A stretch of DNA of 64,000 nt from the NCBI GenBank assembly GCA_963771175.1, contig CAVYSY010000033.1, forward strand, positions 128,001 through 192,000, given 5' to 3'. Position 1 is the stretch's first letter; every line of letters begins with the position of its first letter. Shown here piece after piece: positions 48,838-61,935 of this stretch. The translations under genes were made by a program, and so were the position numbers. The DNA comes from an uncultured delta proteobacterium (GTDB lineage: Bacteria > Myxococcota > Myxococcia > Myxococcales > Myxococcaceae). A model generated the notes under the pieces. The model did no database searches and was not told the origin of the DNA. It was given only the letters and a program-made list of their open reading frames with translations.

Positions 48838-50847
48838 TCACTGCTGTTCGAGCGCCTCGAGTTGCGTCTGCGCCTTGGTCTTCAGCTCGGAGCCCTCGGC
48901 CGCGAGCTGGACGATCAGCCGGAACTTATCCGCCGAGGCCACTGGATCCCTATCCCTCTGGACGTAGGCCTGCATGTACAGGCCATCCAGCTTCTCCTGG
49001 ATGCTGTCCAGGCCCGCCTGAGCCTTGGAGTCCTCCGGGCGCAGGCGCAGGGCATCGTTGAAGAAGCCGGCGGCGTTGGACAGGTCGTTGCGAGCCAGCG
49101 CCGCCTTGCCCGCGACGACCGCGGACCCCGCGAGCTGCTTGTCGATGCTGTCCCCCACGGGGCCCTTGAAGCCGATCTGCCGGTACAGGTCCGCCGAGCT
49201 ACGCAGCGGGCGCGCCGCGGACTCCAGGGCGTTGGCCTGCACCTTGCGCAGGGCGTCCTGGTAGACGCGCGCGAACTTGGGAATGAGCGTCTTGAGCTGC
49301 TTCGCCCGGTCGCGGATCTCCTTGTCGGTGCTGTGGGTGTCAATGACCCGATCGCACTCGAGCGCCGCGCGCGCGTAGTCGCCCGAGTTGAAGCGCGTCT
49401 CCACCATGCTGAAAGCGGCGACGATGAACGCCTCGCGCTGCTCCTTGGCCCGCCGGGCGGCGGCGGCCTTGAGCGCCCGCTCCCGGGCCGCCGCGTCCTG
49501 GGCCTCCTCGGCGAGCAGCAGCTCCAGCGCCTCCAGCTTGCTCAGGTACAGTGGCTGGAGCTCGATGGGCAGTCGCTGGATGAGCGCCCGAGCGCCCTCC
49601 ACGTCCCGAGCCTCCAGCGCCGCCTCCACCTGCTTCACCAGGTACTCGACCTCGAGCTTATCCAGCTCGGCCTCGAGCTTCTCGCGCATGTCCTCGGTGA
49701 GCTGCGCGGTGCCGTGCGGCGTCGCTTCCAGCAATGCGCGCGCCTCGTCGAACTTGTTCTCGTCCGCGAGCTGGCGCACCTGCGCGAACGCCTGGACGAT
49801 GGACAGCTCCTTGCGCGCCACGGGCAGGAAGCCTTCCGTGTCCACGCCCGGGAAGAGCGCCTCCGCCTCCTCGGCCAGCGCCACCGCCTGCGCGTAGCCT
49901 CCGGCGCGGAAGGCCTTGCGCGCCTCCTGCATCAGCCCCCGGGCCTGCTCCAGCTTCGGGTTGGGCGGGGGCGGGGGCGGCGGGCCCCGCTTGATGAAGA
50001 GGACGCTTCCTCCAATGAGGGCGAGCAGCAGCACGAGCACGCCCGCCGCGATGAGCCCTATCTTGCGCTTGGGCTGGTTGCGGCGCGGGATGTCCTTGAT
50101 GTCGCGGACCTGCGTCTTGTTGTTCTCCTCGCCATTGGGCGCCGGCTCGCCGCTCTCGGCGTTGGCTCCAGCCTCCGCTGGCCGTGCCTCCTCGCCCGCG
50201 GCCTCGCCCGAGGCGGCCGCGGCGGCCTTCTTCTCCGCGACCTCCTTCTTCTTGCGCTCCGCCTCCTCGGCCTCGGCGCGCATCCGCTTGATGCGCTCCT
50301 GCTCGTCGATGAAGCGCAGCTTCGTGCGGCCGATGAAGACGACGTCGTCGTGGACCAGCATGCACTCGTCCACGCGCTCGTCGTTCACCTTGGTGCCGTT
50401 GCCGCTGCCGAGGTCGCGCATCAGCACGCCACTCTCGCCACCGAACACCAGTTCCACGTGGCGGCGAGACACGGACTGGTCGCTGAGCACGAGGTCGCAA
50501 TCCTGCCCCCGGCCGATGACCATGCGCACGCTCTTGAAGCGCTTGCGCTTGCCGCGGTCCGGGCCCTCGATGATCTCCAGCGACAGGGGAGGACCGGCGC
50601 GCGTGGCGTCCGGGTTGTCGTCGTCGTCCTCCATGGGAGGAATCTCCTCCTCGGCCGTGCTCACGTCGTAGGCGCCCTCATCGCCCTCGGCGTCCCCCTG
50701 CTCCTCCTCGGGGTACTCCTCCTCGCGGGGAGCACGGCGGGCACTGGGGGCGGCCTTGACACGGGTCTTGCTCTGCTCGTCCAACCCGGCCTCTTCGGAC
50801 GGATCAGCGGGCATTGAACGGGAGGGGCGACGGGACGGGGGAGCCAT
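48838..50847 (-). CDS. FHA domain protein with TM helix and periplasmic TPR region
   Basis: IGRGQDCDLVLSDQSVSRRH..DLGSGNGTKVN FHA motif; acidic N-terminus; TM followed by a polyproline linker. Confidence 0.9.
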   Translation of the reverse strand: MAPPSRRPSRSMPADPSEEAGLDEQSKTRVKAAPSARRAPREEEYPEEEQGDAEGDEGAYDVSTAEEEIPPMEDDDDNPDATRAGPPLSLEIIEGPDRGKRKRFKSVRMVIGRGQDCDLVLSDQSVSRRHVELVFGGESGVLMRDLGSGNGTKVNDERVDECMLVHDDVVFIGRTKLRFIDEQERIKRMRAEAEEAERKKKEVAEKKAAAAASGEAAGEEARPAEAGANAESGEPAPNGEENNKTQVRDIKDIPRRNQPKRKIGLIAAGVLVLLLALIGGSVLFIKRGPPPPPPPNPKLEQARGLMQEARKAFRAGGYAQAVALAEEAEALFPGVDTEGFLPVARKELSIVQAFAQVRQLADENKFDEARALLEATPHGTAQLTEDMREKLEAELDKLEVEYLVKQVEAALEARDVEGARALIQRLPIELQPLYLSKLEALELLLAEEAQDAAARERALKAAAARRAKEQREAFIVAAFSMVETRFNSGDYARAALECDRVIDTHSTDKEIRDRAKQLKTLIPKFARVYQDALRKVQANALESAARPLRSSADLYRQIGFKGPVGDSIDKQLAGSAVVAGKAALARNDLSNAAGFFNDALRLRPEDSKAQAGLDSIQEKLDGLYMQAYVQRDRDPVASADKFRLIVQLAAEGSELKTKAQTQLEALEQQ

Positions 50848-51033
50848 GCGGCCCGGCATCTTAGAGCGCCGGACCCGGACTTGTAGACGCCTCCGCGCCG
50901 ACAATCGCGAATGATGTAGGCCAAAGTGTGCCCTCCCAGGCGCGACACCATGCCGCACCCGGTGACGAATCCGCTGCTGGTAGGGATGGCGGTGCCAGCC
51001 CCGCTGACCACTCCCACGATTCCGAGGTAGACG

Positions 51034-51882
51034 ATGAAGGTCCTGAAGAAGCCCCTCCCCGCGCTCCTGCTGCTCTCCTCGCTTCCCCTGCTCCAGGCGT
51101 GCGAAGTCCCCGAGAAGCAGCACACCGTGAAGTTCAGCCCGCAGGTGGGCGAGCAGCCGCTGAGCTGCACTTCCAGCTACACGGGCATCGGGAAGACGGC
51201 CACCACCATTGAGCTGCTGGACTTCAGGCTCTACGTGCGAGACGTGACGCTCGTACGCGCCAACGGCGAGAAGCACCCGCTCGTGCTGGATCAGGATGGG
51301 ACGTGGCAGCGGGAGTCCGTCGCGCTGCTGGATTTCGCGGACGGAACCGGCACCTGCGAAACCGGCAGCCCCGATACGCGCATGGAAGTGGTGGGCCGGG
51401 CACCGGACTTCGATGACTACACCGGCCTGGAGTTCTCGCTGGGGGTGCCCGAGGCGCTGAACCACCTGAACATCACGTCCCCGGCTCCGCTCAACATCGA
51501 ACCCATGTGGTGGAGCTGGATGATGGGCTACAAGTTCATGCGCCTGGATGTGCGTACCCCCAAGAACCCGTCCTTCGTCTTCCACCTGGGCTCGACCGGC
51601 TGCACCGGCAGCCCGGCGGAGGGCTATACCTGCGCGGCCTCCAACCAGCCGACGGTGACCCTGAGCGGCTTCGACCCCAGCCGCAACCAGGTGGTGCTCG
51701 ATGTGGCGGGCCTCTACGCCAACTCGGACCTGGACCACACCATCGACCAGAAGACGGACCTCACCGCCGGCTGCATGTCGAAACCCACGGATCCCGAGTG
51801 CCCCGCGCTCTTCTCCCAGGTGGGACTGGCGGAGGATGGCACTCCGCGAACCGTGCCCGCGTCGTTCATCCGCGTCCGGTAG
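51034..51882 (+). CDS. mbnP: MbnP-family copper-binding lipoprotein
   Basis: Lipobox LQAC; DFRLYV, WQ..VALLDF, MWWSWMMGYKF (WxW), FHLGSTGC, GCMS..DPEC. Confidence 0.85.
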   Translation: MKVLKKPLPALLLLSSLPLLQACEVPEKQHTVKFSPQVGEQPLSCTSSYTGIGKTATTIELLDFRLYVRDVTLVRANGEKHPLVLDQDGTWQRESVALLDFADGTGTCETGSPDTRMEVVGRAPDFDDYTGLEFSLGVPEALNHLNITSPAPLNIEPMWWSWMMGYKFMRLDVRTPKNPSFVFHLGSTGCTGSPAEGYTCAASNQPTVTLSGFDPSRNQVVLDVAGLYANSDLDHTIDQKTDLTAGCMSKPTDPECPALFSQVGLAEDGTPRTVPASFIRVR

Positions 51883-51923
51883 TCCGCGAAGAAACGCCCC
51901 TGGAGTGAAAGGAGTCCTCCCGC

Positions 51924-53057
51924 ATGTCGTCCCGAGCCCTGTCGTCGTTCAGTGCCGCGGTGCTGTCGCTGTTGCTGCTCACCGCCTGCGGAGAGGAGAA
52001 GCCCTATGCGTGGCAACTGCCACCGGGCTTCCCGGAGCCCTTCGTCCCCTCGGACAACCCCATGTCCGAGGAGAAGGCGGCCCTGGGCCGCTACCTCTTC
52101 TACGACAAGCGCCTGTCCGGCAACGGCACCATGTCCTGCGGGAGCTGCCACGAGCAGAAGCGGGCCTTCAGCGACGGCAAGGCAACGCCCACCGGCTCCA
52201 CGGGGCACCACGTCGCGCGCAACTCGCCCGGCCTCGCCAACGTGGCCTACCTCGCCACGTACACCTGGGCCAACCCCTTGCTCGACACCCTGGAGAAGCA
52301 GGCGCTGGTGCCTCTCTTCGCGGAGTCGCCCGTGGAGCTGGGCGCGGCGGCGAACCTGGAGGAGGTGTTGCAACGGCTGCGCGAGGACTCGCGCTACCCG
52401 GACCTGTTCCGCGCGGCATTCCCGGACGAGAAGCAACCCATCACCCGGGACAACGTCGTGAAGGCGATCGCGTCCTTCCAACGCACGCTGCTGTCGGGCA
52501 ACTCGCCCTACGACCGCTACTTCCAGGGAGACATCCATGCCCTGTCCGACTCCGCCAAGCGGGGCATGGAGCTATTCTTCGGCGAGCGCGCCGAGTGCTA
52601 CCACTGCCACAGCGGGCCGCACCTGACGAACTCCTTCCGGACGAAGGACGCGAAGCAGCTCGAGATCGTCTTCCAGAACACGGGCCTCTACAACGCGGAC
52701 GGCCAGGGGGCCTACCCGGGGGACAACACCGGCCTCTTCGAGTTCACCGGCGACCCGAGGGACATGGGACGCTTCCGCGTCCCCAGCCTGCGCAACGTGG
52801 CCCTGACGGCGCCCTACATGCACGACGGCAGCGTGGCCACCCTGGAGGCGGTCCTGGACCACTACACGGCCGGCGGGCGCGACGTGACGAGCGGGCCCTA
52901 CATGGGGGACGGCCGGGCGAGCCCGCTGAAGGATCCGCTGGTGCGCCCCTTCGAGCTGACGGACCAGGAGCGCGCCGACCTCATCGCCTTCCTCGAGAGC
53001 TTCACCGACATGGACTTCGTGAACGACCCGCGCTTCAGCGACCCCTTCGCCGAGTAG
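51924..53057 (+). CDS. mbnH: MbnH-family di-heme enzyme (bCcP/MauG superfamily)
   Basis: DNPMSEEKAALGRYLFYDKRLS, CGSCH, CYHCH, FRVPSLRNVALTAPYMHDGS; directly downstream of mbnP. Confidence 0.88.
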   Translation: MSSRALSSFSAAVLSLLLLTACGEEKPYAWQLPPGFPEPFVPSDNPMSEEKAALGRYLFYDKRLSGNGTMSCGSCHEQKRAFSDGKATPTGSTGHHVARNSPGLANVAYLATYTWANPLLDTLEKQALVPLFAESPVELGAAANLEEVLQRLREDSRYPDLFRAAFPDEKQPITRDNVVKAIASFQRTLLSGNSPYDRYFQGDIHALSDSAKRGMELFFGERAECYHCHSGPHLTNSFRTKDAKQLEIVFQNTGLYNADGQGAYPGDNTGLFEFTGDPRDMGRFRVPSLRNVALTAPYMHDGSVATLEAVLDHYTAGGRDVTSGPYMGDGRASPLKDPLVRPFELTDQERADLIAFLESFTDMDFVNDPRFSDPFAE

Positions 53058-53060
53058 CCT

Positions 53061-53255
53061 CTACAGCAGCGGGGACGGCAAGGGGCGTCGTTCAAAGGGT
53101 AATCGCAAGCCTTCACCCTTCTCCACGCCCTTCACGAAGGCCGCCTGGAGTACCTCCTCGGCCGCCTCCTGGCTGCCCACGCGGGGCACGAGGAAGGCGA
53201 GGAACTGGCGGTGGTGAGCCACCAACGTCCGCAGGACTTCGGGGTGCATGCTCAT
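53061..53255 (-). pseudogene. Truncated ECF sigma factor (CorE-like N-terminus)
   Basis: MSMHPEVLRTLVAHHRQFLAFLVPRVGSQEAAEEVLQAAFVKGVEKGEGLR (start of sigma region 2), then unrelated sequence and a stop; ATGA overlap with the czcA stop. Confidence 0.7.
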
Positions 53256-56200
53256 GGTGCCCTCCGGGCCACGAGGCGCTGGCCCATCCGCTCCTGCACT
53301 CCATGGACGAGCGCGTAGAAGGTGGGCAGGGCCAGCAGCGTGAAGAGGGTCGAGGTGAGCAAGCCCGCCCACCATCACCACGGCCAGCGGACGCTCGATT
53401 TCCGTGCCGTGCAGCGGCAGCACCAGCAGGGGCAGCAGGCCGAGGATGGCGGTCCCCGCCGTCATCAGCTTGGGTCGCACGCGGCCGATACTGGCCTCGC
53501 GGAGGGCCTCGGAGAAGGGCTTGCCTTCCGCCACCAGGCCCTTCGTCTGCGCCACCAGCACCAGACCGTTCTGCACCGCGATGCCGAACAGGCCGATGAG
53601 GCCCACGAGGCTGGACACGTTCCATGTCTCCCCGGCCAGCAGCAGCGCGAGGATGCCGCCCACGAAGGCGTCCGGCAGGGTGGCGAGGATGACGAGCGTT
53701 TCGGCGAGCGAGCCCAGCGCCAGGTACAGCAGGAGGAAGACGGCGAGCAGCGCCACCGCGATGGCCACCAGCGAGGGACTGTGCGGCACGCTCCTGGCTC
53801 TCCACCCGGCCTCCCACGTCGAGGAAGTAGCCGGTGGGCAGCTTCAGCTCGCGCCGCCAGCCGCTCGCGCACCTCCGCCGCCGTGCTTCCCAGGTCGCGT
53901 CCCGCGCACGCTCGCCTCCACGGCGATGCGGCGGCTGCCCGGCCTCGCGGCGCACGCTGCCCGCGCCCGATCGTCTCCTCGATGGTGGCGAGCTGACTGA
54001 GGGGAATCCGGCGAACCGTCATGCCCATCCACCAGCAGGTTGCGGATGGCGTTGACGTCCCCCCGGCGGTGATCCGCCAGGCGCAACACCAGGTCGAAGC
54101 GGCGCTGGCCCTGCCACACCTGGGACTCCTCCTCGCCCACGAGCCCCACGCGCACCGCCCGGATGACGTCGCCGGGAGTGAGGCCCACCCGGGCCACCGC
54201 GGCGCGGTTCACGTCGATGCGCAGCTGCGGCAGGCCGCTGAGCTTCTCCACGCGCAGGTCCTCCACGCCCTCTACCCGCGCCATGACGGCACGGGCCCGC
54301 TCCGCGAGCTGGGCGAGCCGCTCCAGGTCCGGGCCGAAGATGCGCACCGACAGATCGGCGGGGCTGCCGCCCAGGCCCTCGTCGATGCGCATGCCCAGGG
54401 GCGTGGTGAAGAGGACGGACACGCCGGGCACCTTCGCCACCGCCTCGCGCATGTCCGCCTCCAGCTCCTCCAGGTTGCGCCGCCGGTCCTTCTTCAGCAC
54501 CACCAGCACGTCGGAGACGGTGTGCGGCATGGGGTCCTCGGTGCGCTCGGCGCGTCCCGTGCGGCGCACCACGTCCTCCACCTCGGGGAACTCGCGCAGC
54601 ACGTCCTCCACGCGGTGGTTGAGCCGGTCCACTTCTTCCAGTGATGCCTCGGGCGGCAGCATCGTCTGGAGGAGCAGCGCCCCCTCGTCCAGCCGCGGCA
54701 TGAAGTCACTGCCCACCACGAAGGCGAGCCCCAGGGCAGGCACCGTGATGGCGAGCGCCACCACGCGGACGAGGCCCGCCCTGCCGCATGCAGGCGTCCA
54801 GCAGCGGCGCATACACGGCCTTCACCTGACGGATGAGCCACACGTCTTCCGGCTGCCCCTGCCTTCCGGGGCCGGAGGAAGAGCGCCGAGGCCACCGGCA
54901 CCAGCGTGAGGGCGAGCAGCAGCGAGGCGGCGAGACACGCCACCACCGCCGCCGCGAGCGGCCGGTACATGCGCCCCTCGATGCCCGACATGGCGAAGAG
55001 GGGAATGAAGACGGAGACGACGATGAGGGTGGCGAAGGTGATGGGCCGGCCCACCTCGCGCGCCGCGCTTCAGCGCCAGCGCGTCTTCTGCGGCGGCCTG
55101 CGTCGCGTCCAGTCCGGAGCCGGTGGACGATGTTCTCGGTGACGATGATGGCCGCGTCCACCAGCAGGCCCACCGCGATGGCCAGCCCGCCGAGCGTCAT
55201 GGTGTTGATGCCCACGCCGGTGGCCTTCAGCAGCAAGCCCGCCAGCGCGAGGGAAAGCGGCAGGGTGAGGGTGACGATGGCCGCGCGCCGGATGTCACCC
55301 AGCAGGCCGAAGAGGACGAGCACCACCAGGAAGGCGCCGATGAGGATGGCCCGGCTGACGCCTCCCAGCGCGGAGGCCACCAGCTCCGACTGGTCGTACA
55401 CGATGCGCAGGCTGACGTCCTGGAGGGAGACTCGCCTGCACTTCGGCGATGGCCCGGCGCACGCCCTCCGCCACCTTCATGGTGTCCGCGCCGAACTGCT
55501 TGCTGATACGGCAGCTCACCACCTCCCCCTTGAGCCGGTGGGCCATACCGCGACGGATGGCGGGTGCCTCTCGCACGTCGGCCACGTCCCCGAGCAGCAC
55601 GGGCGTCCCCCCACGCAGCGCCACCACCGTGCCGCGCAAGTCGTCCAACGTCTTCGCCCGCCCCACCGCCCGCACCGTCCACTCCATGGGCCCCTGCACC
55701 ACGAAGCCACCCGAGGCGTTGAGGTTGGCGCCCTCCAGGGCGTGCTCCACCTCGTCCAGGGAGATGCCCCGGGCCACCATCTGCTCCGAGTCGAGCTGCA
55801 CCTGGAACTGGCGCAGGTAGCCGCCCAGCCGCTCCACGCCCGCCACCCCGGGCACGGCGAGCAGCCGGTTCTTCACCTCGAATTCGGCCAGGTCGCGCAG
55901 CGACATCAGGTCCGCCGTCGCCCGGCTCGGCCTCCAGGGTGAACTCGAACACCTCGTTGAGCCGCCCGGTGAGGCTGGAGACGAGCGGCACATCGGTGCC
56001 GGGCGGCAGCTCGCTGGTAGCCGCCGCCACGCGCTCGGCGACGAACTGGCGGCTGCGGTAGTAGTCCGCGTCCGGCTCGAACTCCACCGTCACCTGGGTG
56101 ACGCCGAGCTGCGAGGTGGAACGGATGCGGCGCACATCCGGCAGGCCCGCGAGCGCCACCTCCATCGGAATGGCCACGGCCGTCTCCAGCTCTTCCGCGC

Positions 56201-56369
56201 CCATGGCCGGGTTCTGCACGATGACGTTGAAGAGGGGGGCGGACAGGTCCGGGAAGACGTCGCGGCGCAGGCCCTTGAAGGCCACCACGCCGAAGGCGGA
56301 GAGGGCCAGGGCCAGCACCACGGTGAGGCCGGGACGCGAGAAGGATGCCTTGAGGGTTTGCGTAATCAC
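53252..56369 (-). CDS. czcA: CzcA/CusA-family heavy-metal RND efflux permease (many indels)
   Basis: DVFPDLSAP, MTLGGLAIAVGLLVDAAIIVTEN, IEGRMYRPL, FMPRLDEG, GIAVQNGLVL, RVRPKLMTA. Confidence 0.88.
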
Positions 56370-56380
56370 GAGAGGCTCCT

Positions 56381-57580
56381 TCAGTGCTCATGGTGCTCGC
56401 CTCCGCCCCGTGACTTCTCCACCTCGGCCTTGAGGAGGAAGGCGCCCTTCCACCACCACCTGCTCGCCGGCCTTCGAGGCCCGAGAGCACCTCCACGTCG
56501 TCCCCCGAGGGTGCGGCCACGCCCCACCTCGTCGCCGCTCGAAGGTGCCCTCCTCCTTGGGAAGGAAGGCGAACCAGCCATCCTCCAGCCGCTGGAGGGC
56601 CGCCGCCGGGACGGTGGTGACAGTGGCTCCCTGCGCCCCCAGCGGAATGAAGGCCGAGGCGGACATGCCCGGCCTCAACAGCGCCGTCGGGGTTGTCCAG
56701 CTCCAGCCGCACGGGGATGGTGCGCGAGGCCAGCGTCCACCCGCTGACCGACGAAGCCCACCTTCGCGGTGAAGTCCTTGCCGGGAAGCGCCGCGAAGGA
56801 GATGCGCGCCTCGGGCTCCAGGCTGAATGCGCACCGCATCCCGCTCGAAGGCATGCACGGTGAGCCACAGGCGCGACAGGTTCCCGACGTGGAAGAGGCT
56901 CTGGGACGGGTCGGCCATCTGCCCCATCCCGGCGTGGCGCTCGATGACCGTGCCGTCGACGGGCGAGCGCAGGGTGAAGCCCGCGGCCCCTCGACCACTG
57001 GCCGCCTCCTGGGCATCCAGCTCCGAGCGCCAGGAGCTCCGACCGTGCCGCCGCGAGGTCGGCCTCGGCCGCGGCCGCTTCGGCTTCGGCGGCCTGCACC
57101 TCCTTCTGGGCCACGATGCGCTCGGCGGCCAGGGTGCGCTTGCGCTCGGCGGCCTGTCGAGCGGCGCTGGCGCGGGCCTGGGCTGCCTGGAGGGCCGCGC
57201 GTGCCCTGCCCAGCTCGGGGCTCTGCAGGTCCACCAGAGGCTGGCCCTTCTTCACCTGCTGGCCCGCCGAGGCCAGCGAGGGAAAGCACCCGGGCGGGGA
57301 TGGGCGAGGCCACCTCGGCGTAGGCGTTCTCGTTCACGGCCAGCTCGCCCAGGGCGGTGACGCCCTCGCCGCCGGGGCGCTCTTCCACCGGGGCCGTGGT
57401 GACGCGCAAGTCCCGCAGCATCTCCGGATCGATGCGGACGAGGGTTTCGTCTTCGCCCTCACGGTGGGCGTGCGTCTCGGCTTCCTGCTCGTGAGCCTGC
57501 CCCTCTTCATGCGGAGGCGTCTCGCGCTTGCAGGCGCAGAGTCCAAGGAGGAAGGCCAGGAGGATGTGGAGGGGCTTCAT
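56381..57580 (-). CDS. czcB: RND periplasmic adaptor, CzcB-like (indels)
   Basis: Lipobox LCAC, His/Glu-rich N-terminus, VKKGQPL, LSRLWL, SRTIPVR, LRPGMSA, C-terminal EHHEH. Confidence 0.85.
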
Positions 57581-58806
57581 CGAAGGGCTCCGGTCTGGAC
57601 GGCGAGTTGGACGCGGGAGAGGGCGGCTTGCAGGAGACGGTCGAGGTAGTCGGCGCGAGAGTCGAGGACGTCCCGGCGCACGAGGAGGAACTCGGCCAGT
57701 CCCATCTCTCCGGCCTCGTAGGACTTGCGCGCGAGCAACTCGTTGTCCGCGAGCAGCGGGAGGGCCTCGCGCTCCAGCAGCTCCACGGCCTCGCGCTGCT
57801 TGCGGTACTGGGCGAGGGCGGCCTCCACCTGGACGGATTGGGCTCGGCGGGCGGCCTCCACTGCCACCTGGAGACGCCGCACCCGGGCCTCGCCCGTCAC
57901 CCGGGCGTACTGCCCCCGGGTGAAGAGCGGCAGGGACACGCCCAGGGCCCCGACGATGACACGCTCATCGCCCTCGTTCTCATAGCGGACCCCCACGTTG
58001 ACGTCGGGCCACGCGGAGCCCTCTCCCAGGCGCCGCTCCGCCTTGGCCTCCTCCAGCTCCGCCACCAGGGCGGTGACGTCCGGACGCTCTGGCAGCGTGG
58101 GCGGAAGCTCCACGGGCTGGGCAGCCAGGGCGCTCAAGTCACCACGCAGCGAGAGAGCAGCGTCAGCCGACAGGCCGAGCAGTCCGCGGAGTTCCCCAAG
58201 AAGGGCGACCTCCGCGCCCTCGGCGCTCGCCACCTCCGCCCGCGCACGAGCCAGGGCCACCCGCGCCACGTTGACGTCCACCACGGGCACGTCCCCGGCC
58301 TCGAATCGCCGCTGGGTGGACTGGGAGAAGTCCCGAGCGGCCTCTTGGGCCCCTCGCGCCAGGAGAAGCCGCTCCCGAGCATGCAGCGCCCGCAGGAAGG
58401 TGGCCGCCACCTCCCCGAGGACCAGGCGCTCCGTGTCCCGCTGGCGGGCCGTCTCACGGGCAAGGCCGGCGCGGGCTGCATCGAGACGAGAGCCCCGCTT
58501 TCCGCCCAGCTCGACGGGCTGAGAGAGCCCCACGACGACATTCGGTGCCCGTTCTCCGGTGGCCAGGGTGCGGGGGCCCGCTTCGAGCGCCAGCGTGGGG
58601 TTGTCGTGCAACAGGGGGGAGGCACCAGCCACGGGCCCTTGCGCTTCGGCCACGCGGCCCGCGGCCTCCAGTAAGGCCGGGGCACGCTGGCGGGCCAGGA
58701 CCAGGGCCTCCTCCAGGGTGAGTACAGACGACTGCGCCGCACCAGAGCACGGCCAGAGCAGCACGGCGGCGAGCCCGAGGGCTGCCGTCGCCAGACGGTG
58801 GAACAC
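57577..58806 (-). CDS. czcC: TolC-family outer-membrane factor, CzcC-like
   Basis: Signal peptide; LSQPVELGGKR, RRFEAGDV, KSYEAGEM. Confidence 0.88.
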   Translation of the reverse strand: MFHRLATAALGLAAVLLWPCSGAAQSSVLTLEEALVLARQRAPALLEAAGRVAEAQGPVAGASPLLHDNPTLALEAGPRTLATGERAPNVVVGLSQPVELGGKRGSRLDAARAGLARETARQRDTERLVLGEVAATFLRALHARERLLLARGAQEAARDFSQSTQRRFEAGDVPVVDVNVARVALARARAEVASAEGAEVALLGELRGLLGLSADAALSLRGDLSALAAQPVELPPTLPERPDVTALVAELEEAKAERRLGEGSAWPDVNVGVRYENEGDERVIVGALGVSLPLFTRGQYARVTGEARVRRLQVAVEAARRAQSVQVEAALAQYRKQREAVELLEREALPLLADNELLARKSYEAGEMGLAEFLLVRRDVLDSRADYLDRLLQAALSRVQLAVQTGALR

Positions 58807-58911
58807 GAGACACCTCGCGGATGTGGGCGAGCGTCACGAGCGAGGCGCCACCCTGGACAACCGGGGCACACCACTCCTGATGAGGCTCAAGGCGGGTAGA
58901 CGAACAGGGCC

Positions 58912-59220
58912 TTACGCGAGGGGCACTATTGGGACGTGCAGGATGTCACCCACGTCGACGGAGGGTGGCTCGTCCTCTTCGTGCTCGGCGGCGGGAGGAG
59001 GCCTTGGAGCCATCGGAACGGTCGCGGGGGTGGGGGCCACGACAACCGGGCGCGCGTGGGAGCAGCAGACGCAATCGGTGCAGTCCGGGGCACACTGCCC
59101 GCGCTCGTCATCGTCCCGGCAGCTCTGCGTGCACACGTCACCCGAGCTGGCGGGCGACAACAGGCCACCACCGACTGGGGTAGACAGCAGGAGGCTGAGG
59201 AAGAGCCAGAGCCGGAGCAC
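58912..59220 (-). CDS. Small exported Cys-rich protein heading the czc operon (CzcI/DUF2946-like)
   Basis: GTG start with AGGAG RBS; signal peptide; CTQSC..CAPDCTDCVCCSH; C-terminal ILHVP. Confidence 0.7.
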   Translation of the reverse strand: MLRLWLFLSLLLSTPVGGGLLSPASSGDVCTQSCRDDDERGQCAPDCTDCVCCSHARPVVVAPTPATVPMAPRPPPAAEHEEDEPPSVDVGDILHVPIVPLA

Positions 59221-59236
59221 GTGGAGCACTCCTAAC

Positions 59237-59262
59237 ACGTCGTCAAATGATTTGTTCGACGT
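59237..59262. promoter_or_regulatory. Imperfect palindrome upstream of the czc operon (candidate operator)
   Basis: ACGTCG-T-CAAAT-G-ATTTG-TT-CGACGT. Confidence 0.4.
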
Positions 59263-59382
59263 TGCTGCCCGACGAGACCAGATTGCTGCTCGGAGTGTCG
59301 CGCATAAGGACCTCAACCGCATGGGCGGCCCCCTTCTCGTCCCCGAGGACGAGGAATAAGGATTGCAGGTATTGGTTCCTCC

Positions 59383-61914
<2,532 letters not shown>

Positions 61915-61935
61915 CCCGCAGTACCCCACCCCTCC

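Noticed and set aside
48838..51738. 966-aa version of the FHA protein
   Set aside because: The extension overlaps mbnP on the opposite strand; the plausible start is 50847.
51034..53057. Methanobactin biosynthetic cluster
   Set aside because: No mbnA precursor, mbnB/C or TonB-dependent receptor nearby.
53061..53789. Apparent CzcA-sigma factor fusion protein
   Set aside because: Produced by an indel near 53360; the ATGA overlap at 53252-53255 indicates two coupled genes.
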